Shown: positions 30,727-44,900, counted from the stretch's first letter. The stretch is DNA of 64,000 nucleotides from Monocercomonoides exilis PA203 (GCA_001643675.2 LSRY02000021.1:558001-622000), one strand, 5' to 3'. Notes: a model not told the origin generated them from the letters alone. Program-made: numbers and translations.

Positions 30727-32694
30727 CTAATTTTTGTGTAAAGGCTTGTAAAAAAATTGCTGAGGATTTATTTGTGGCGCTTTGAATTGAAACAAGCTTC
30801 GATTGTCCACTTCTCCAAGCGGCTGTTTTGATCTCTTCTTTTTTGATACAGAGGAATTTGAAGTTGTAGCACCGACTTTTGGCTGAACCTCAACTTCATT
30901 TAATTGCCTTGCTTCGTTTTGTTCGTTCTCTTGGCTTTTTTCTTCTTTCAAATTGATTTCTCGTTCTTTTCTCCTGTTTATTCTTTCTTCCTTTTCTCGT
31001 TCTCGCCTTCTCATAACCACACGCTTCCTTCTCTGTCTGCTTGCCTCGCTCTGGTAACGCTTGCTGTGTTGCTGTTCTTTCTCTGTGAAAGCAGAAGCCT
31101 CATCAACATCATGTTCCTCAATTATTGGCTCTGGCTGTGTGGAAATAAAAGCTTGATCCTTTCTTTTTCTTTCACTTCCAAGTGCAGGAAAATCTTTCCA
31201 TTTTTCCTCTTCCTCCTTTTCTTTTCTGAGTTCTTCTTCTTTCTTCTTTCTTTCTTTTTCTTCAATTCGCTTTTTATAAATTTCTGCTGCAATCTTTCGC
31301 CTCGCCTCATTTCTAATTCTGTTTTCTTCGTCTTTTTTCCTCTTTTCTGCCTTTCTCTTTAAAATCTCTTCATATTTTTGCTTTTTTTCTTTTTCTCGAA
31401 GAATTCTTTGATTTTTCTCCCAAGTGTCGTGACGGCTCATTGAAAATGTGTGGCACCTCAAGAAATCCTGATGGATCAATTCCTGCACCTCTGAATGAAT
31501 GTTATCCGCATCCGCAATGCACACAACACTTATTCTCTTGAACCCTCTTCCGATCATGTGCTTGTGCCGAAGCTGACTTCTTCTCGCCACTCGCTTCTTT
31601 TCCTCCTCCTCTTCTTTTTCATTTCCTGCTGCTGTGCCATCTCTTTTGTTGGACACGCTTTTGGCTTTCTCTTTTTCCCTTCCTGTTCCTTGCAGAATCG
31701 CTTCGCCGATCTTTCGCCTACTCAGCGCATGCACAACTGGAATGCCTTTGATGCTGCAGATCTGCAAAATGCGCTCCATCCTGTCGCTCAATCCGCCTGC
31801 ATACCCGTCCTCTTCCACATCCCGCGCAACAACAACCACACTCACTTTCTTATATCCCCCAACAAGCGTCTTTTTCACTTCGTTCACTCCACAGAAAAGC
31901 CTCTTCCGATAATACTTCTTCACCAACTGCTTTTCTGTGCTGCTCAGAAAAACTGATGTTCTTGAATGTGAAACCCCCGCAATCTCTCGCTTGCTTGTAG
32001 CTCTCTCCTTTGCGTTCTTCCCCCTTTGCCCTGTCTTTGCTTTCTGCAATGCTGCCAAATAAGATTGCCTCTGCAGCTCTGAAAGTTGCATGAGAATGGA
32101 CGAAATTTTTGTGTCAATTGCCTTCGATGGAGGTGGGAGGAGACTGCGGTCCATCATCGAATATGGATAGAAAAACGGCGAGTCCTCGGAAGATGCGTTA
32201 CGCGATGAATCAGAGGACGAAAAAGAACCTGATGACACAGAAAAAATCGATGTCTCAGAAAACGTTTGAGCAGGAATCAACTGCCGAAGAAAACTTTTCG
32301 GTGATAGCCTTCCAACAACATCTTGAAGTTTTTTCTTTGAATGCTTCGGATAAAGCATCGACAGGACAGAATTTATCCTGGATTCAGGTGAAAACGTTGT
32401 TTTCGAATTCAATGAATTATTCGACGATTTCCTCAGAATTGATTCTTGATTCGAGCCTTTCTTTATTTTTTTCGATTTTCCTCCAACTCCCCTCTCGCGC
32501 CATGCAAGTATGAGTCGTTTCAATTTTGTCTGCCTTCCAGAATGAATTTTTCTGTTTGAGGGCCGAGCCAAGGTTTTCTGAAAATATTCAAAAAGACAGC
32601 GTGAACATAAAATATATATACACTATTCCACACACACACTAGCAACGGTCACCTTGGAAGTCGGGCGCTTGACGCTTTTGTGTTTGTTCTGCAT
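30727..32694 (-). CDS. SBP2: SECIS-binding protein 2 (selenocysteine insertion factor); short first exon from ATG 32694, main exon from ~32577
   Basis: SID-like RQTKLKRLILAWRER; ILMQLSELQRQSY..KAK; L7Ae module KRLFCGVNEVKK..VVVVARDVEE..GGLSDRMERILQICSIKGIPVVHALSRRKIGEAI..ISVVCI, matching SBP2 RRLVLGLREV/GGLDD/PFVFALNRKALG. Confidence 0.85.
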
Positions 32695-32739
32695 CAAACA
32701 CAAAAACAAAAATGGATAAAACGATCAAGCATTCTGGAA
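32695..32739. promoter_or_regulatory. 45-bp divergent intergenic spacer (putative bidirectional promoter / overlapping 5' UTRs)
   Basis: Distance between the inferred SBP2 ATG (32694, -) and C-S lyase ATG (32740, +). Confidence 0.55.
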
Positions 32740-34693
32740 ATGTCACAGCAAATCCCCCTCGAATTTGTCGACAGAAGTGGCACAGATTGCGTGAAGTGGG
32801 ACATACCGCACTCCCATCCTTCTCCCATGATGATGTGGGTATGCTCTTTGTTGTTGCTATTTTTCCGTCATTTGTTTCTTTTTGTGTTTTTTCAACCGAA
32901 CTATTGACATTGTGGTGGTGTGAACCAGGTGGCGGACATGGAAATAGCTTCGCCTAAGCCTGTAGTTGATGCTATCGCAAAGCGAGCAGCTCACCATGCA
33001 TATGGTTTGAAATGGTTTATTCTGTTAAATTTTTCATTTTTTCCTTTGTTTTTGTTTTCTTTGGGAATCGATAACAGGATACCCGGTGGCGCCGAAGGAA
33101 GTGAATAAGTGCATAAGACAGTGGGCAGCAAAGTGTTTCAACTGGGACATCAACACGGAGTGGATAAGCCATTCACCAGGCGTGTGCGGCTCGGTTGCAG
33201 CAAGCATCCAAGCCTTCACGCAGCCAGGAGACCGGATTGTGGTTCTATCGCCTATCTACTTTCCCCTGACCAACCTCCCAGAGGACAACGGGCGGGAAGC
33301 TGTGCGCAGCTCGTTGATATTTGACGATAAAACACGAAAGTGGAACATCAACTGGGATGACTTCGAGCGCAAAATATCGCTTCCCAGGGTGAAGATGTTC
33401 ATTCTGTGCAACCCACACAACCCGACCGGGAGAATGTGGACGAGAGAAGAACTGACGAGGCTTGGGGAATTGTGTCTGAAGCATGAAGTTCTCATTGTTT
33501 CGGATGAGATTCATTGGGACTTTGCACTTCCGCGAGAAGGCTCCACGCCAATGCACGTTCCCATCGCATCTATTTCGCCTGAGCTGTCGAGAAATACCTG
33601 TACGCATCAATAGAAGCATTTTTTTTATTCGTATTTTTCATATTGTTATCTCTGTTCTATCTGTTTATTTGCTTGAATTGCTCATCTGTGATGTTTTGCT
33701 GCGCTTCAGTGACATTTTCTGCTCCGTCGAAGACCTTCAACATTCCATCGTTCCAGTTTTCTTTCTGCATTGCGTCGAATCCTCGGCTGAGAGAAGGCTT
33801 CAACGTGTTTCTGAGCAGAAATGCAGCATTTGCTGAGAATGTGTTTGGTATGTCTTTTGCTCATTATGATGAAGACGGCGAAATTATTATTTTTCTTTCT
33901 TTCTTTTTTCTTTTCTTCTTTCTTTTGAATATTTCTTCCATTTGATTTATGCTCAATTTGCTTGTGGGAATAATTGATTTTATCGATCTTATTTGTGCTT
34001 CAACTGAACAATCAAAAACGAATGTCTCAGCATTTCCTGCTGCCATTGCTGCTTACACGCACTGCTATCAGTGGGTGCGTGATTGTGATGCGCTGTTCAG
34101 GAAGCATTGCACAATGGTTTATGAGATGTTCTCGAAGGACAAGTTCAAAGGGCTGGTGGACGTTGTAGATCAAGAAGTGTGATGCTGTTACACATCCTTT
34201 TTTTTGTTCGTATTTTGTTTGTATTTTGTGATTTATTGGTTATCTTCTTTACTTTCTGTCTGTCTTTCTTTCATTTTTATTGGCTGGATGCTGTTTCTGA
34301 TTCCAGGCAACATTCCTTCTGTTTATCAACATGAACAAGGCGATCAACTACTTCCACGAGAAAGCCATGGCAAAGGCTGGCGGGGCGACCGACGTGCTGC
34401 GTTTGTCGAACGACAAGGCGCTGTTTCCTCTTCCGCGAAACACACATCCTGTGACGGGTGCAGTTCTTGTGGATCCAGATGCTCCAGCTGCAGAGTTCAA
34501 CAGGCGCACAGCTGGTGCGCTGAAGGAATTCATCTTCCAAAAGACGGGGGTGCTGTTCAACGAAGGCAGCCAGTTTGGGATTGACGGAGATGGATGGGTC
34601 AGGATGAATGTGGGAACGAAGACTGAGAACGTTGAAGAGACGCTGAAGCGGTTGGAATCTCTGTTTGACACGCTTTTTGCTGCCTATCCATAA
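32740..34693 (+). CDS. MalY/PatB-type PLP-dependent C-S beta-lyase; introns 32839-32928, 33005-33077, 33600-33709, 33848-34030, 34177-34306
   Basis: DRSGTDCVKWD, MWVADME, YGY, PGV, FTQPGD, LCNPHNPTGR, SDEIH, PLP lysine in SAPSKTFN, EATFL, GSQFG..WVRMNVGT. Confidence 0.92.
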
Positions 34694-35411
34694 AAAGGCA
34701 CTTGAAAAGAATGAGAAATGCGGCTGGTGACAGAGATTTGTATCGCTTTATTGTAATAAATGCTGTTATTAAGTGGGAATGGTTCATTTTTGTGTTGATG
34801 ATGTTCGCGATTCGGTGAATATGGTCTGGATTTTCTGTGCTGCGAATTCTTCTTCTTCATTACCAACATTCGCGTATTGTTTTGTTACCATTTTTATTCA
34901 GAGAAAATTACCTGTATTTATTTTTATTTTCACAACGGATTGTTAATCCAAAAAATGATAAATTTCAAAATTTCGCTTGAGTTGTTGCAATAACGAAAAA
35001 TGTCAAGGAAAAAATAACATTAAAAAAGCGATAAAAAGAACTGAAACAGTAATTTTTACCAATTTTGAAGTTTGCATATTTCACCAAGAAATAAAAAAGT
35101 TGTGTAAAAATTGTAAATTGGCAAGTTCATCAATGAAAGCAAATAAATTAACATTCTCTTTTCGAAAGTGAACTGCCAACTCCATATTACAAAAATCAAC
35201 ATATTAATTTATAAAACATTGCTTTCAAAATAAGATAAATGCAAGCTCTTTTCTTTTAATTCCTCAATCGTTATATTGGACAAAAACAAATAAAAGAAAT
35301 TTTTTTGTAATTGCATTTGATAAAACCAAAGAATATGCACCTTAAGCTCAGAATCAATAAAACAAAATATTTACTTTCCTATCTGTTGATAATTTTGTAA
35401 CTTTCCTCAAT

Positions 35412-35888
35412 TCAAAATACTCTTTTTGAGCGTTTTTTGAGAACAACCGCATCAATAGATGGAGTGAATGTGGTAACATGCAACTCATTAAAGCTTCTCG
35501 ATCCGCTGTCAAACTTCATCCATTTATTAACATCTGCATTGGTCAAATATTCGCCAACAATTGACGAATCCCCAAAGATACGAATGATCTTAGCTTGTTC
35601 TGGGTCAACGATGAACAATCCACTGAATTTCATTCTCTCACTTTCAGTTGAAGCAACAATAAAATGTTCGCTTTCCTTTCTTTGGGAAATAACATCTAGC
35701 ACTTCCTTTAGTTTTGTTGTATTTGCAGTTAAAAGAGATTGCTTCAGCATTTTCACCACAACTTGCTTGTTTGAAAATCTAGCTGTCTTCACAATTTCGC
35801 TTCTTTCTTTTTCCTCCATCGTTTGTGAATCAGGCTGTGGTTGAGCACTTGGCATGTGCAAATGCAAACGAGGATTGCTTGAAGAAGT

Positions 35889-35925
<37 letters not shown>

Positions 35926-38900
35926 TTTGATGATGAAGAAGATGCTAACACTTGTGAATGCTTTTGCGAAGAGGAAGATTCAGGCCGCACAAAGCTACTG
36001 CGCCTACGAACAGATGAGGGCGCATCTGAATTACTCTTTGAAGCGCTTGTCTGAACAGAAGACTCTGATGAAAGTGACGGCGATGAAAAGGCTCTTGAAA
36101 TTCTGGGCGATGACGGCCGGCTCGCGCGTTGAGACGAAGGATTTGAATCAGAGTGAACTATTTTTGGTTTCACAGCAGATGAAGCGGATGATGTTCTCTG
36201 AACTTTTGAACTACTTTCTCTTTGAGAAAACAGAATTGGTGGCTTTTTGAATTTTTTCGCTCCCTTTCCGAGCGTTATTTCAAATGAAATAGGCTGTTGT
36301 TCTTTATTCTCTTCATCATTCTTTATAAGTTCGTTCCTTTCATCAGATGATTTTCCTTCTTCTTCTTTTTCATTGCAAATCTTGAAATTTTCTTTTTCTC
36401 TGTCCATTTGTTCTTGTTCTTTGAATTCTTCAGATTTTATTGTTGGTTCAACTTCATTCTGAGAATCTTCAAAGTTGTCTTTCAACGAAGGAAAATATTT
36501 TTCCTCCATTTTTTCTTTTGAAACATTATCAAAATGACAAATCTCTTTCGGTGAAGAACGCTCTGTACTTGCTTTAACCGAAGAAAGAGGTTCTGAATCT
36601 TGAAAATGTGAAAGATCTGAACATTCTTCGCTGCTGCTTTTGCCTTCATCTGTTGAGCGAGGCCTCTTCTGTGGTATAACAAGTCTCATTTTCCTTTGCG
36701 AGTGTGGCCGAGAAAATGTTTGTTGTGGTGCTTCATCATGTGTTTCTGCTTGAGCAACTTGCAGCTGCAGTTTTTCGCCAATTTGTGCAGAAGCCTTATC
36801 TTCTTTTTCATGTTCTTCTTCCCCATCTTTTGTACCAATTTTGGAAGTATCGCTTTTGTGTTCGTGTTTGTCTTCTTCTGTTTCTTTCTTCAAAAGAGCA
36901 ACTTTCGAAAGTGACATTCGGCGTTTTGGTTGGACAGGCCGAGATGCTGTTAATGAATTCCTTGTGGGGAAAGCAGAAGGCAAAGCAGAAGGCAAAACAG
37001 CTGACTCCTTGTGCAAAGGAGGAGAAAGTGATCCAGAAGGTGATATAAGTGATGAGCTGGCATTCTCTGGAAAGCAAATTGTCAGTGACTCGTTGAGATG
37101 AAGAATATAATTTCCCTTGTCTCCAGTAAGCTTATTTGATGCTGTTCCGACTCGTGTGGCTTTATGTTTGCTTTCTTCCTCTTTTTCTTCTTCCTTTACT
37201 TCTTTTTCGTTTGCATCAATTATGTCGTCACATTGTGTATACTTCTTATCTTCATGATGAATTTCTTTAAGAATTGCTGACAACTGAATCTGCTGCATAG
37301 TCAAGCCTGTTCCCTTTTGAAATTCCTGATCCATCTCTCTTTCCAATTCTCTTTCCATAACTTCTTCCATCTCTTTCGCTCTCTCTTCTTCTGTCTTTAA
37401 TGTCACAAACTGATCATTGTCTTTTTCCAATTCTTCCAATTCATTTGTGTCCGTCTGAGTTTCAATGGACAGTTTTTGAGGAACTTGAGTATCTTCATTA
37501 GAAGTTGTATTTACACTTAATTGTGGTTCATTGCTTTCTCCTTCACTTTTTGTTGATTCCATCAAATTTCTATCTCCTCTTTTTTCTTTATTCTCTGATA
37601 GTTTAACATCCATTGAGCTTGTATTTCCTTTTGTTTCTTCCTCGTCTTTATTGACGCTCTGTCTCTTTTCAAATTCATTTGAAAGATCGTTTTTGTCCTT
37701 CGATATTTTTAGTGAGACTCGTAATTGTGATTGCGATTGCGATTGTGTGTTCTTCAGTAGAAGTGGTGGAACTTTACTGCGAGATGAATGCAATTCAGAG
37801 GTTGTTGTATTTGATAAAACAGGATTTTGTGATAATGCAAAGTCAGCTTGTTGATTTCGGTTGTTTCTCGTGACCGGCAGTGTGGATGATAAATTTGATA
37901 ACGTCAATGAATCTCCCTTTCCAAGTCTTTGTTTCTCGTCTAAGCTCTCTTTTTCTATTTTCACTTTTTCCTTCTCTTTCTCTTTTGCTTGAATCGACAA
38001 TGCAGATTTTTGAGAAGGCCCTCTCGAAAGAGCACGAGGCACAGACGGAACAGGCGCATTCAGATACGATGTTCCTTGCCCAAATGGAGGAATAACTGAA
38101 GAAGCTGATGACGACAACGCTAACGCATGATTGGACGATGAATGCACTGTGCTGTTTGCATGAGAAGAAATAAACGAATTAGTAGATTTGTCAACTGACG
38201 CTGAAAATGAACGATTTTCGTCATCTGAGCCAGATTGGTTTGAGGCTGAAGCTGCAGCGGCATCTGATTTGTTTCCATTAAGACTCCTTTCATGTGCGGA
38301 ATAAGAACGATTCATGAAAGAAGATTGCTGCTGGCTTGATGCATCGCACGTGGATGCTTTTATTGCAGCTGCGGACGATGAAGGCTTTAAAGGAGGATGA
38401 CGAACAGTTGGAGGCCGGGCAGTTGAAGGCAGAGACGCCAGAGACGAGAAAGAAGAGAGGAAAGGATAAGAGGTCGAGTAACGCAGCTGTGATAGAGGGT
38501 ACAAATGGCTTGATGAGGATGAATTTATAAACGATGCTTGTTGATAAAAGTGAGAAGAATGGAAGTAAAGCGAGGAAATGGATGAAGCTACAGAGGTGAC
38601 AACATTATCCGCCATGTCATAAAAAGGAGTGAAACGCTGTAACGAATTCATTTGTCTCGCAGAACCTTGCTGTCTGTGAAGTTGTTGGGCCATGATTTGC
38701 TTGGAAGAAATCAGGGATTTGTTAACTTTCTTTGGTCTGTTCAAATATGAGGTAGGAAAAGCTGGATAAGATGGAAGCACCAAACAAAGCAAAGAACGTA
38801 AAACTTTCAGAAAACGAGGGTTATTCAGAGGTGTTTTGTTTGCCAAAGAAGAGAATTCCGAGTATGAATCAAAAGAAGAAGGATGGTCATGAGGATAGCA

Positions 38901-41900
38901 AATATCAGGCAGAGTTGAATATGAAGAATGTGTTGAAGAATCAGGAGTTGAGTCAACGCTAACATCGGACTCGTTTTCCTCTTTTGTCGCATTTGCAATA
39001 TTTCGCTTTGTGGCTTTTCTACTTTGAAGAGCTGAATCACCGCGAGAAAACGGATGCTGCTGAAATTGTATGGGCAAAGCAGCATTTGTCTGTGTTTGTA
39101 TTCTGGGAGTTCTCAATATCTGCTCTCTTGTTGTTATATCTCGTGATTTATTCGGATGATAATCGGTCGGCTGAGGATTCAAAACAGAAGGCGGAAGAGC
39201 CAAATGCGTTGAAGGTGAATGAGTGTTGCTCAAATGAAGGGGCAAATGCACTGTTGATGCAAGTGAAGTTTTTGTATCATCCGAATGTGCTGTCACTTTT
39301 GGTGTTGTTAATCGAGATGAAGTCTGAGAAAGTGACTTGGCGTTTTCTGATTTCTGATCTCTCTTTGAAATTATTCTCGTTTTAGAAGCAGGTCTTGCTT
39401 TGCTTTCCTCTTCCTTTTCGGCGTTTTCCTTGTATTTCCACAGCATTTCTTCTCTCTCCCTCATCTTCCCCACATCCAGCGTATCTGCCTGGTAAGCTGC
39501 TATCCACACATCAGCATTGACAGCTGCTGACGACCAGCCTCTTGCACTCATCTCGAGATCATCGTCATGCGGCCAGTGAATCGGATATATGACAATTGGT
39601 GAGTGCAAAGAAGGATTCATAGAAGTGAAAGGCAAAGAAGAAGAAGAAGAGGAGGAGGAGGAGGAAAATGATGAGCTTGAAGCAGCTGTCTGAAGAATAC
39701 GAATTCGAGAGGGTGAATAAAATGAAGGTTGCGGATGAATAGAAGAGGTTGAAGCTGAAGATGTTGGCAAAGTGTTTTCCTGAACAACTGGCGAAGACGA
39801 AGCAGATTGCTTTGTTTTCTCTGCTCTGCTGGTGCGTTCTGGCGTTGAAACAGTGTTCAGCACAGCCAAAGAGACAGCAGAGTCAAGCTCGCTCTGAAAC
39901 TGGCTCTGTTGAGACGACTTCTGCAGCTGGCGATGGCGAATGCTCTTTCTTCCTTCTTTGGCGTCTTTGTCTGTTTGAGGCACAAAATATGCAGTGATTG
40001 GCAGGGCAGTGGGCAGAAGCAGTGGGTTGAACTGTTTGAATGCTAAGAGTGCAAGTGATTGCTCGACTGGCTGAGACATTAAGAACTCCTTGCTGAATAT
40101 GGCTGACTGATTATTGGAATGAGGAATGATGAAAGCGGAGGAGGAAGAAGAGCCCATAAATTGCGGAGAAGAAAGAGGAGCAGGAGGAGGAGGAGGAGGA
40201 AACGAGGACAGGGACGAGGAGGATGCATATATCAACGGCTCTGGAATTTGACTGGCTGATCCTCCACGCGACAGACATTGCCTGCTCCTCTGCTTGAACT
40301 CAGGGACGATCTGCTTCAACAGAGTGAGGAACGACTTTCTCTGCAGCACCACATTCTCCTGTGCTTCTTCGTCATTGATGAAGGAATGGTCAGGTGGTGC
40401 AAAAGAGGCCAAAGAAGCCAGCGAGGTGTAAACTGGGTTCAGAAACACAGACGACGAATGAGACATCAGCGAAATAGAGGCAAGCGAGACATTTGTGGAG
40501 CTCTGTGTGGAGTGAGGGAGTGAATAGACTGGTGGAATGGGGAAAGATGTCTGCAGGGAAACGGTGGAAGAAGGGTATGTCAGAGAAGTCTTGGCTCTGA
40601 AACTTAAAGGAGGATTCTGATTTTCAATTAGATTGACACCCATCAGCTTCTTTGCCCCTTCAACTTCTGCTCCTTCTTCTTCTTTGTCCACTTCTTTCTC
40701 GTTTCGTGCGGTTGGAATGTCTTCGAAATTCTCTATGTCTGCAACAACTGACTTTGAAAACTCTGTTTCTTTCTTCGTTTCTGGATCAGAATCTGTGTCA
40801 GACTCAAGCATCTTTGCGTTCTCGTTGAATTTCTCATTCTCTTTGGCTTCTTCGTCCGCCCTTTCTCCCTCTCTTTCGTCTGCTTCCATCATCTCGTCAA
40901 TCATCTTCTTCATTCCTGTGTCAAAATACAGCGATTTTCTCAATGCCACAGCTGACTGCACAAGATAGCTCTCCCATTTCTCTCTCTCTTTTCCTTTTCT
41001 CCTTCCTTTCAAGTTTATCACAAATCCATTGCTGTCAAAATATGTGTCTTGGAACTCACTCTCAAGTTTCTTGACTTTCAATCTCGCTTCTTTCTCCTCT
41101 TCTGTCAGCAGCTTCCTTTCTTTTGCTTTCTTTCTCTCTTTTCTCTTCTTCTGCCGCATCTGCCGGTGAACTGTGTGTTTTTCTTCTCTTTGACGGCATT
41201 TTTCTTGTCTCATGAAGTATTTGAGAATATCTTTAGAGATGGCTGGTTGATTGTTATCTGGTGAAGAATCAGTTGAAGAAGCAGGTGTCGGGTGGTGCTG
41301 TTGATTACTTCGGTTCTTATGACTTTCAACAGATTTTCTGTTATTTTCTTGTGAAAGATGTTCCAAGTTCGCATCTTTTCCGCTGCTTGTTCGAGGTTTT
41401 GCCTCCTTTTGTGTTTGTTTAGAGAACTCTGAATTGCTCTGTTTTGTGGAAATAAATGCAGAAGAGGAAGAGGAAGAGGAAGAAGAGTTTGCTGCATTTT
41501 GGTTCAGTCTAATCGTGGACAAATCCAACTTTGGCAGCATCAGCTTCGAAGACGGCACAACTCCGCACTCAGATGCAGATGCAGACGCCATTAGCTTTCG
41601 AGAAGCAGACAAAGCACTCGAGACATTGGAGTGCTGCTGATACGCCTCGTCTTCCTCAGCAGAAAGAGGCCTGAGCGGAATGCGGTGCTTCATCGGCGCC
41701 CGATACAGAGGCGCTTCTTCCAAATCGTTCTCAGACAGCTCAGAAAGAGGAATGCTGTGTTTGTGGTGGCGGTGCCTGTGGCTGTGATGACGATGATATT
41801 CTATCTCTTCTGCTTCGTTTGATTTTGAAATTGATTTTTCTTTTTCTTTTTCTTTTTCTTTGATTGACTTTCTCTCTTCGCTTGCACTGTCCATTCGTGC

Positions 41901-44900
41901 GCTGTTCCCTCTCTGCCTGCCAAATCTCGCCTCTTTCAGATGATGCTCTTTCCCAGTCATCTGCAACGAAGCAACATTGAATGCTTGTCTCTCTGTGTGC
42001 GGCTCTGATTTCCTGTCTGTTGGCTGAGGCTGAAGATATTCACTGAATTCTCCGTCTCGTTTATATTCTTCTAATTTGTCATTGTCTAATTCTTCCTTCT
42101 CTTCTGCTTCCTGTTCTAATTTTTTTGCTATTTTCAATTTCTCTCGTTCTGTTTCCAGCACTTCTGGTTCATCGTTATCCTGTCCTTCGTTTCTATCTTC
42201 TCCATTTTCTCCTTCACTTTCATCTTCTTCTCCTTCTTTTCTGTCTGAACGTGCCTCGTCAGATGACTCGGGAGAGTTTTGGTAAAAGGGAGACGGGTGA
42301 GGCGACGGAGGAACAGAAGGAGACTGTGAATAAGACAATTGTGATTGCTCTTCAGAATTATTTAAGTTTTCATTCGATAAGAAAGTGCGATAAGAAGAAC
42401 GGGAAGTATAAGAAGATGAAGAAGAGCCAGAATAGGAAGAAGAAAAGGAAGAAGAAGAAGAAGAAGATAAAGATGAGGAGGAAGAACGAGAAGAAAAATC
42501 AGAAGTTGATGAAAAAGAGTATGTTGAAGACGAATATGATGATAGCTCATCAGATTCATCTTCAGCTGCATTTTCATTCCTTCTGTTTTTGTTTTTTGTG
42601 CTGTCGCATTCTGAATCAGTTGTGTCGTATTCGTTCCAACTCGAATCATCATCCAGCCAATCGGCATCTTCCATAAAATCGTTATCTTCTCCTTCTCCTT
42701 CTCCTTCATCATCTTCAGGGGAATTGAAACCTGGTTTATTGAATGCACTGTTTTTATTATAGTTCATCTCAAATTTATCATTAGCATTATGATTATCATC
42801 TTCTTCTTCTCCACATCCTCCTTCTCTCTGTTGTCTGTGAAATATGTCTGCGCTCTTTCTCCCTCCTCTTTTTTCCAGCAGTTCGCCATTTGCAAACGCA
42901 TCTTCTTCTTCTCTCACATCATCTGCAAACAATCTTCTCTTCACATTTCTTCTGTTCCGCTCTGGAAAAAGCATCTCTTCCTCTTCTTCGTCGCTGCCAT
43001 TGCAAAATGCGATTGTATTTTGCCTTTGGCTCTCGCTCTGCTTCCTCCACAGGTCTCTGTACGTCTTCCTCTCCATCTTCTTTTCCTCTTTCTCAGCTTT
43101 TGAAACAATCTGATCCGAATTCGCTTCTTCCTTCCAGTCGGATCCAGCGCCGATTGCATCGAAGATTTCGAGCTTCCGAATTTGAGGGGAAGAAAGAGAC
43201 TGGAGAAGAGGAGGAAGAGAAGGAACGGGAAAGAAGTTGCTGTTTGGGCGAAGGAAAAACTGCGAGGAAGATGAAGACACAGAAGAAGAGCTTGTTGAAA
43301 ACTGCTCCTGTGAATAATCAGTCATTTTTGGTGCATTTGTGTTTTTATTATTTTCTATGTTGGAGTTGTCCAACCCAGTTTTTTGATCTTCATCTTCTCT
43401 TTTTCCTTCTCCATCTCTGTTCATTGCACCAGCTGCGATGTTGAAGTCGAGTTTTGTGTGGATGTCGTATCTGATTGGGTGATATCTGTAGTCGTGTCGA
43501 GAAGCAGGAGAAGAAAGAGGAAATGAACGGCGAATTGTCGACAGCTTAACTTTCATGTTGTCGTTCAGATTTGGCAGAAGAGACGATGGAGAGAAGAGAA
43601 AGTGTTGAGAAGGAGGAGATGACGAAGAAGACGATGATGATAATGGAGAAGATGAAGAACAAGAAGGAGAATGGGTAACTTTTGAAATTGTGTTTGTTTT
43701 CGCTTGTGCTTCTGTTGATTGAGTGCGAAAAGGAAAGCCTGCAGCAGACGGAGGCAACGAAACTATAGTGAATTTCTCATCTGAATCAAAAGAAGGCGAT
43801 TGAATGGAACTTTCCTTTTCTGTTTCTGTTCTGCTGTTATCAGCTGTCTTCTTCCAATTGTATCGTTCTGCTGAAATCTGCAGCTTATCATTTTTTTCTT
43901 GTTCAGCTGACTGAAACTCGTCTCCCAATGAAAAAGACTGTTCTGAACGCAGTTTCTCTCTGCTGCTCATTGCCCGTTCATCATCCAGCTGCTCTGTGAT
44001 GCCTGGGATAATCGCATCGCTGTCAGAAATGACTGATGCTTCAGCCATCAAATCATTCAGAAGAGAATTTCGATCAGCAGACAGAAATTCATCTCCACTT
44101 TCTTCTTTGCTTCCAGCACTGCTTTTGCGTGGTCTATTGTTCTGGTTGTCTTCTTTGTTTTCATTATTATTCTCATAATTGCTATTGTTAGTATTATTGT
44201 TGTTATTGTTATTGTTGTTAATGTGGATATTTGCGTTATTCTCCCCTTCCCCAAATTCCATGTCCTTTCGAAAACAAGGCAGAGATTCTGTGCTCAAAGC
44301 CACTTTGCGCGAAGGAGTCGACGGATACGCAAATAGAAATGAATTGCTCTGTGTGCCAGATTCACAAAAATGACGAAGAAAAGGTGAGTTCTGTGAAAGA
44401 TGAGCTTTAAATGAACTGTTAGCTCTGCTTTTGGATTCAGAAGCAGGTGATGCCAAAGCCAATGATTGAGGTGCTGTGTTGGAGAGACAGTCTGAATAAA
44501 TCGTCGAAAGAAGAGTATCATTCCCAAAGTGAATCTGCTGTTTTTGCGATTTTTGTTGCTTTGCGTGAAATTCTTCATTTGCACCATTTTTCTCTTTTTC
44601 TTCTGTTTTTTTCATTGAAATGAGTTTGCGAAGACCCATTTCATCGACAGAAACAAGTGAAAAATGAGAGCTATTGTTATATTCATCATCAGCAGTGGCA
44701 ACCTCTTCATCTGTCTTTCTCCTCTTTCTTTTTGGAAAATCCTTCTCATTTTCTCTTCTTGAACGATACAGATGATCGTGAATTGAATCTTCTTCATTCA
44801 AATTATTCTGTTCCTGCTGCAAAGTATAACTCGAATTTTGTGCATTTCTTCCGCCAATGAAAAGCCTGCGCAGAAAAGGCAGAAAAGGCGGAGGGCGTGG

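Noticed and set aside
32740-34693. Bacterial contamination
   Set aside because: Gene has five spliceosomal introns and is embedded among eukaryotic genes
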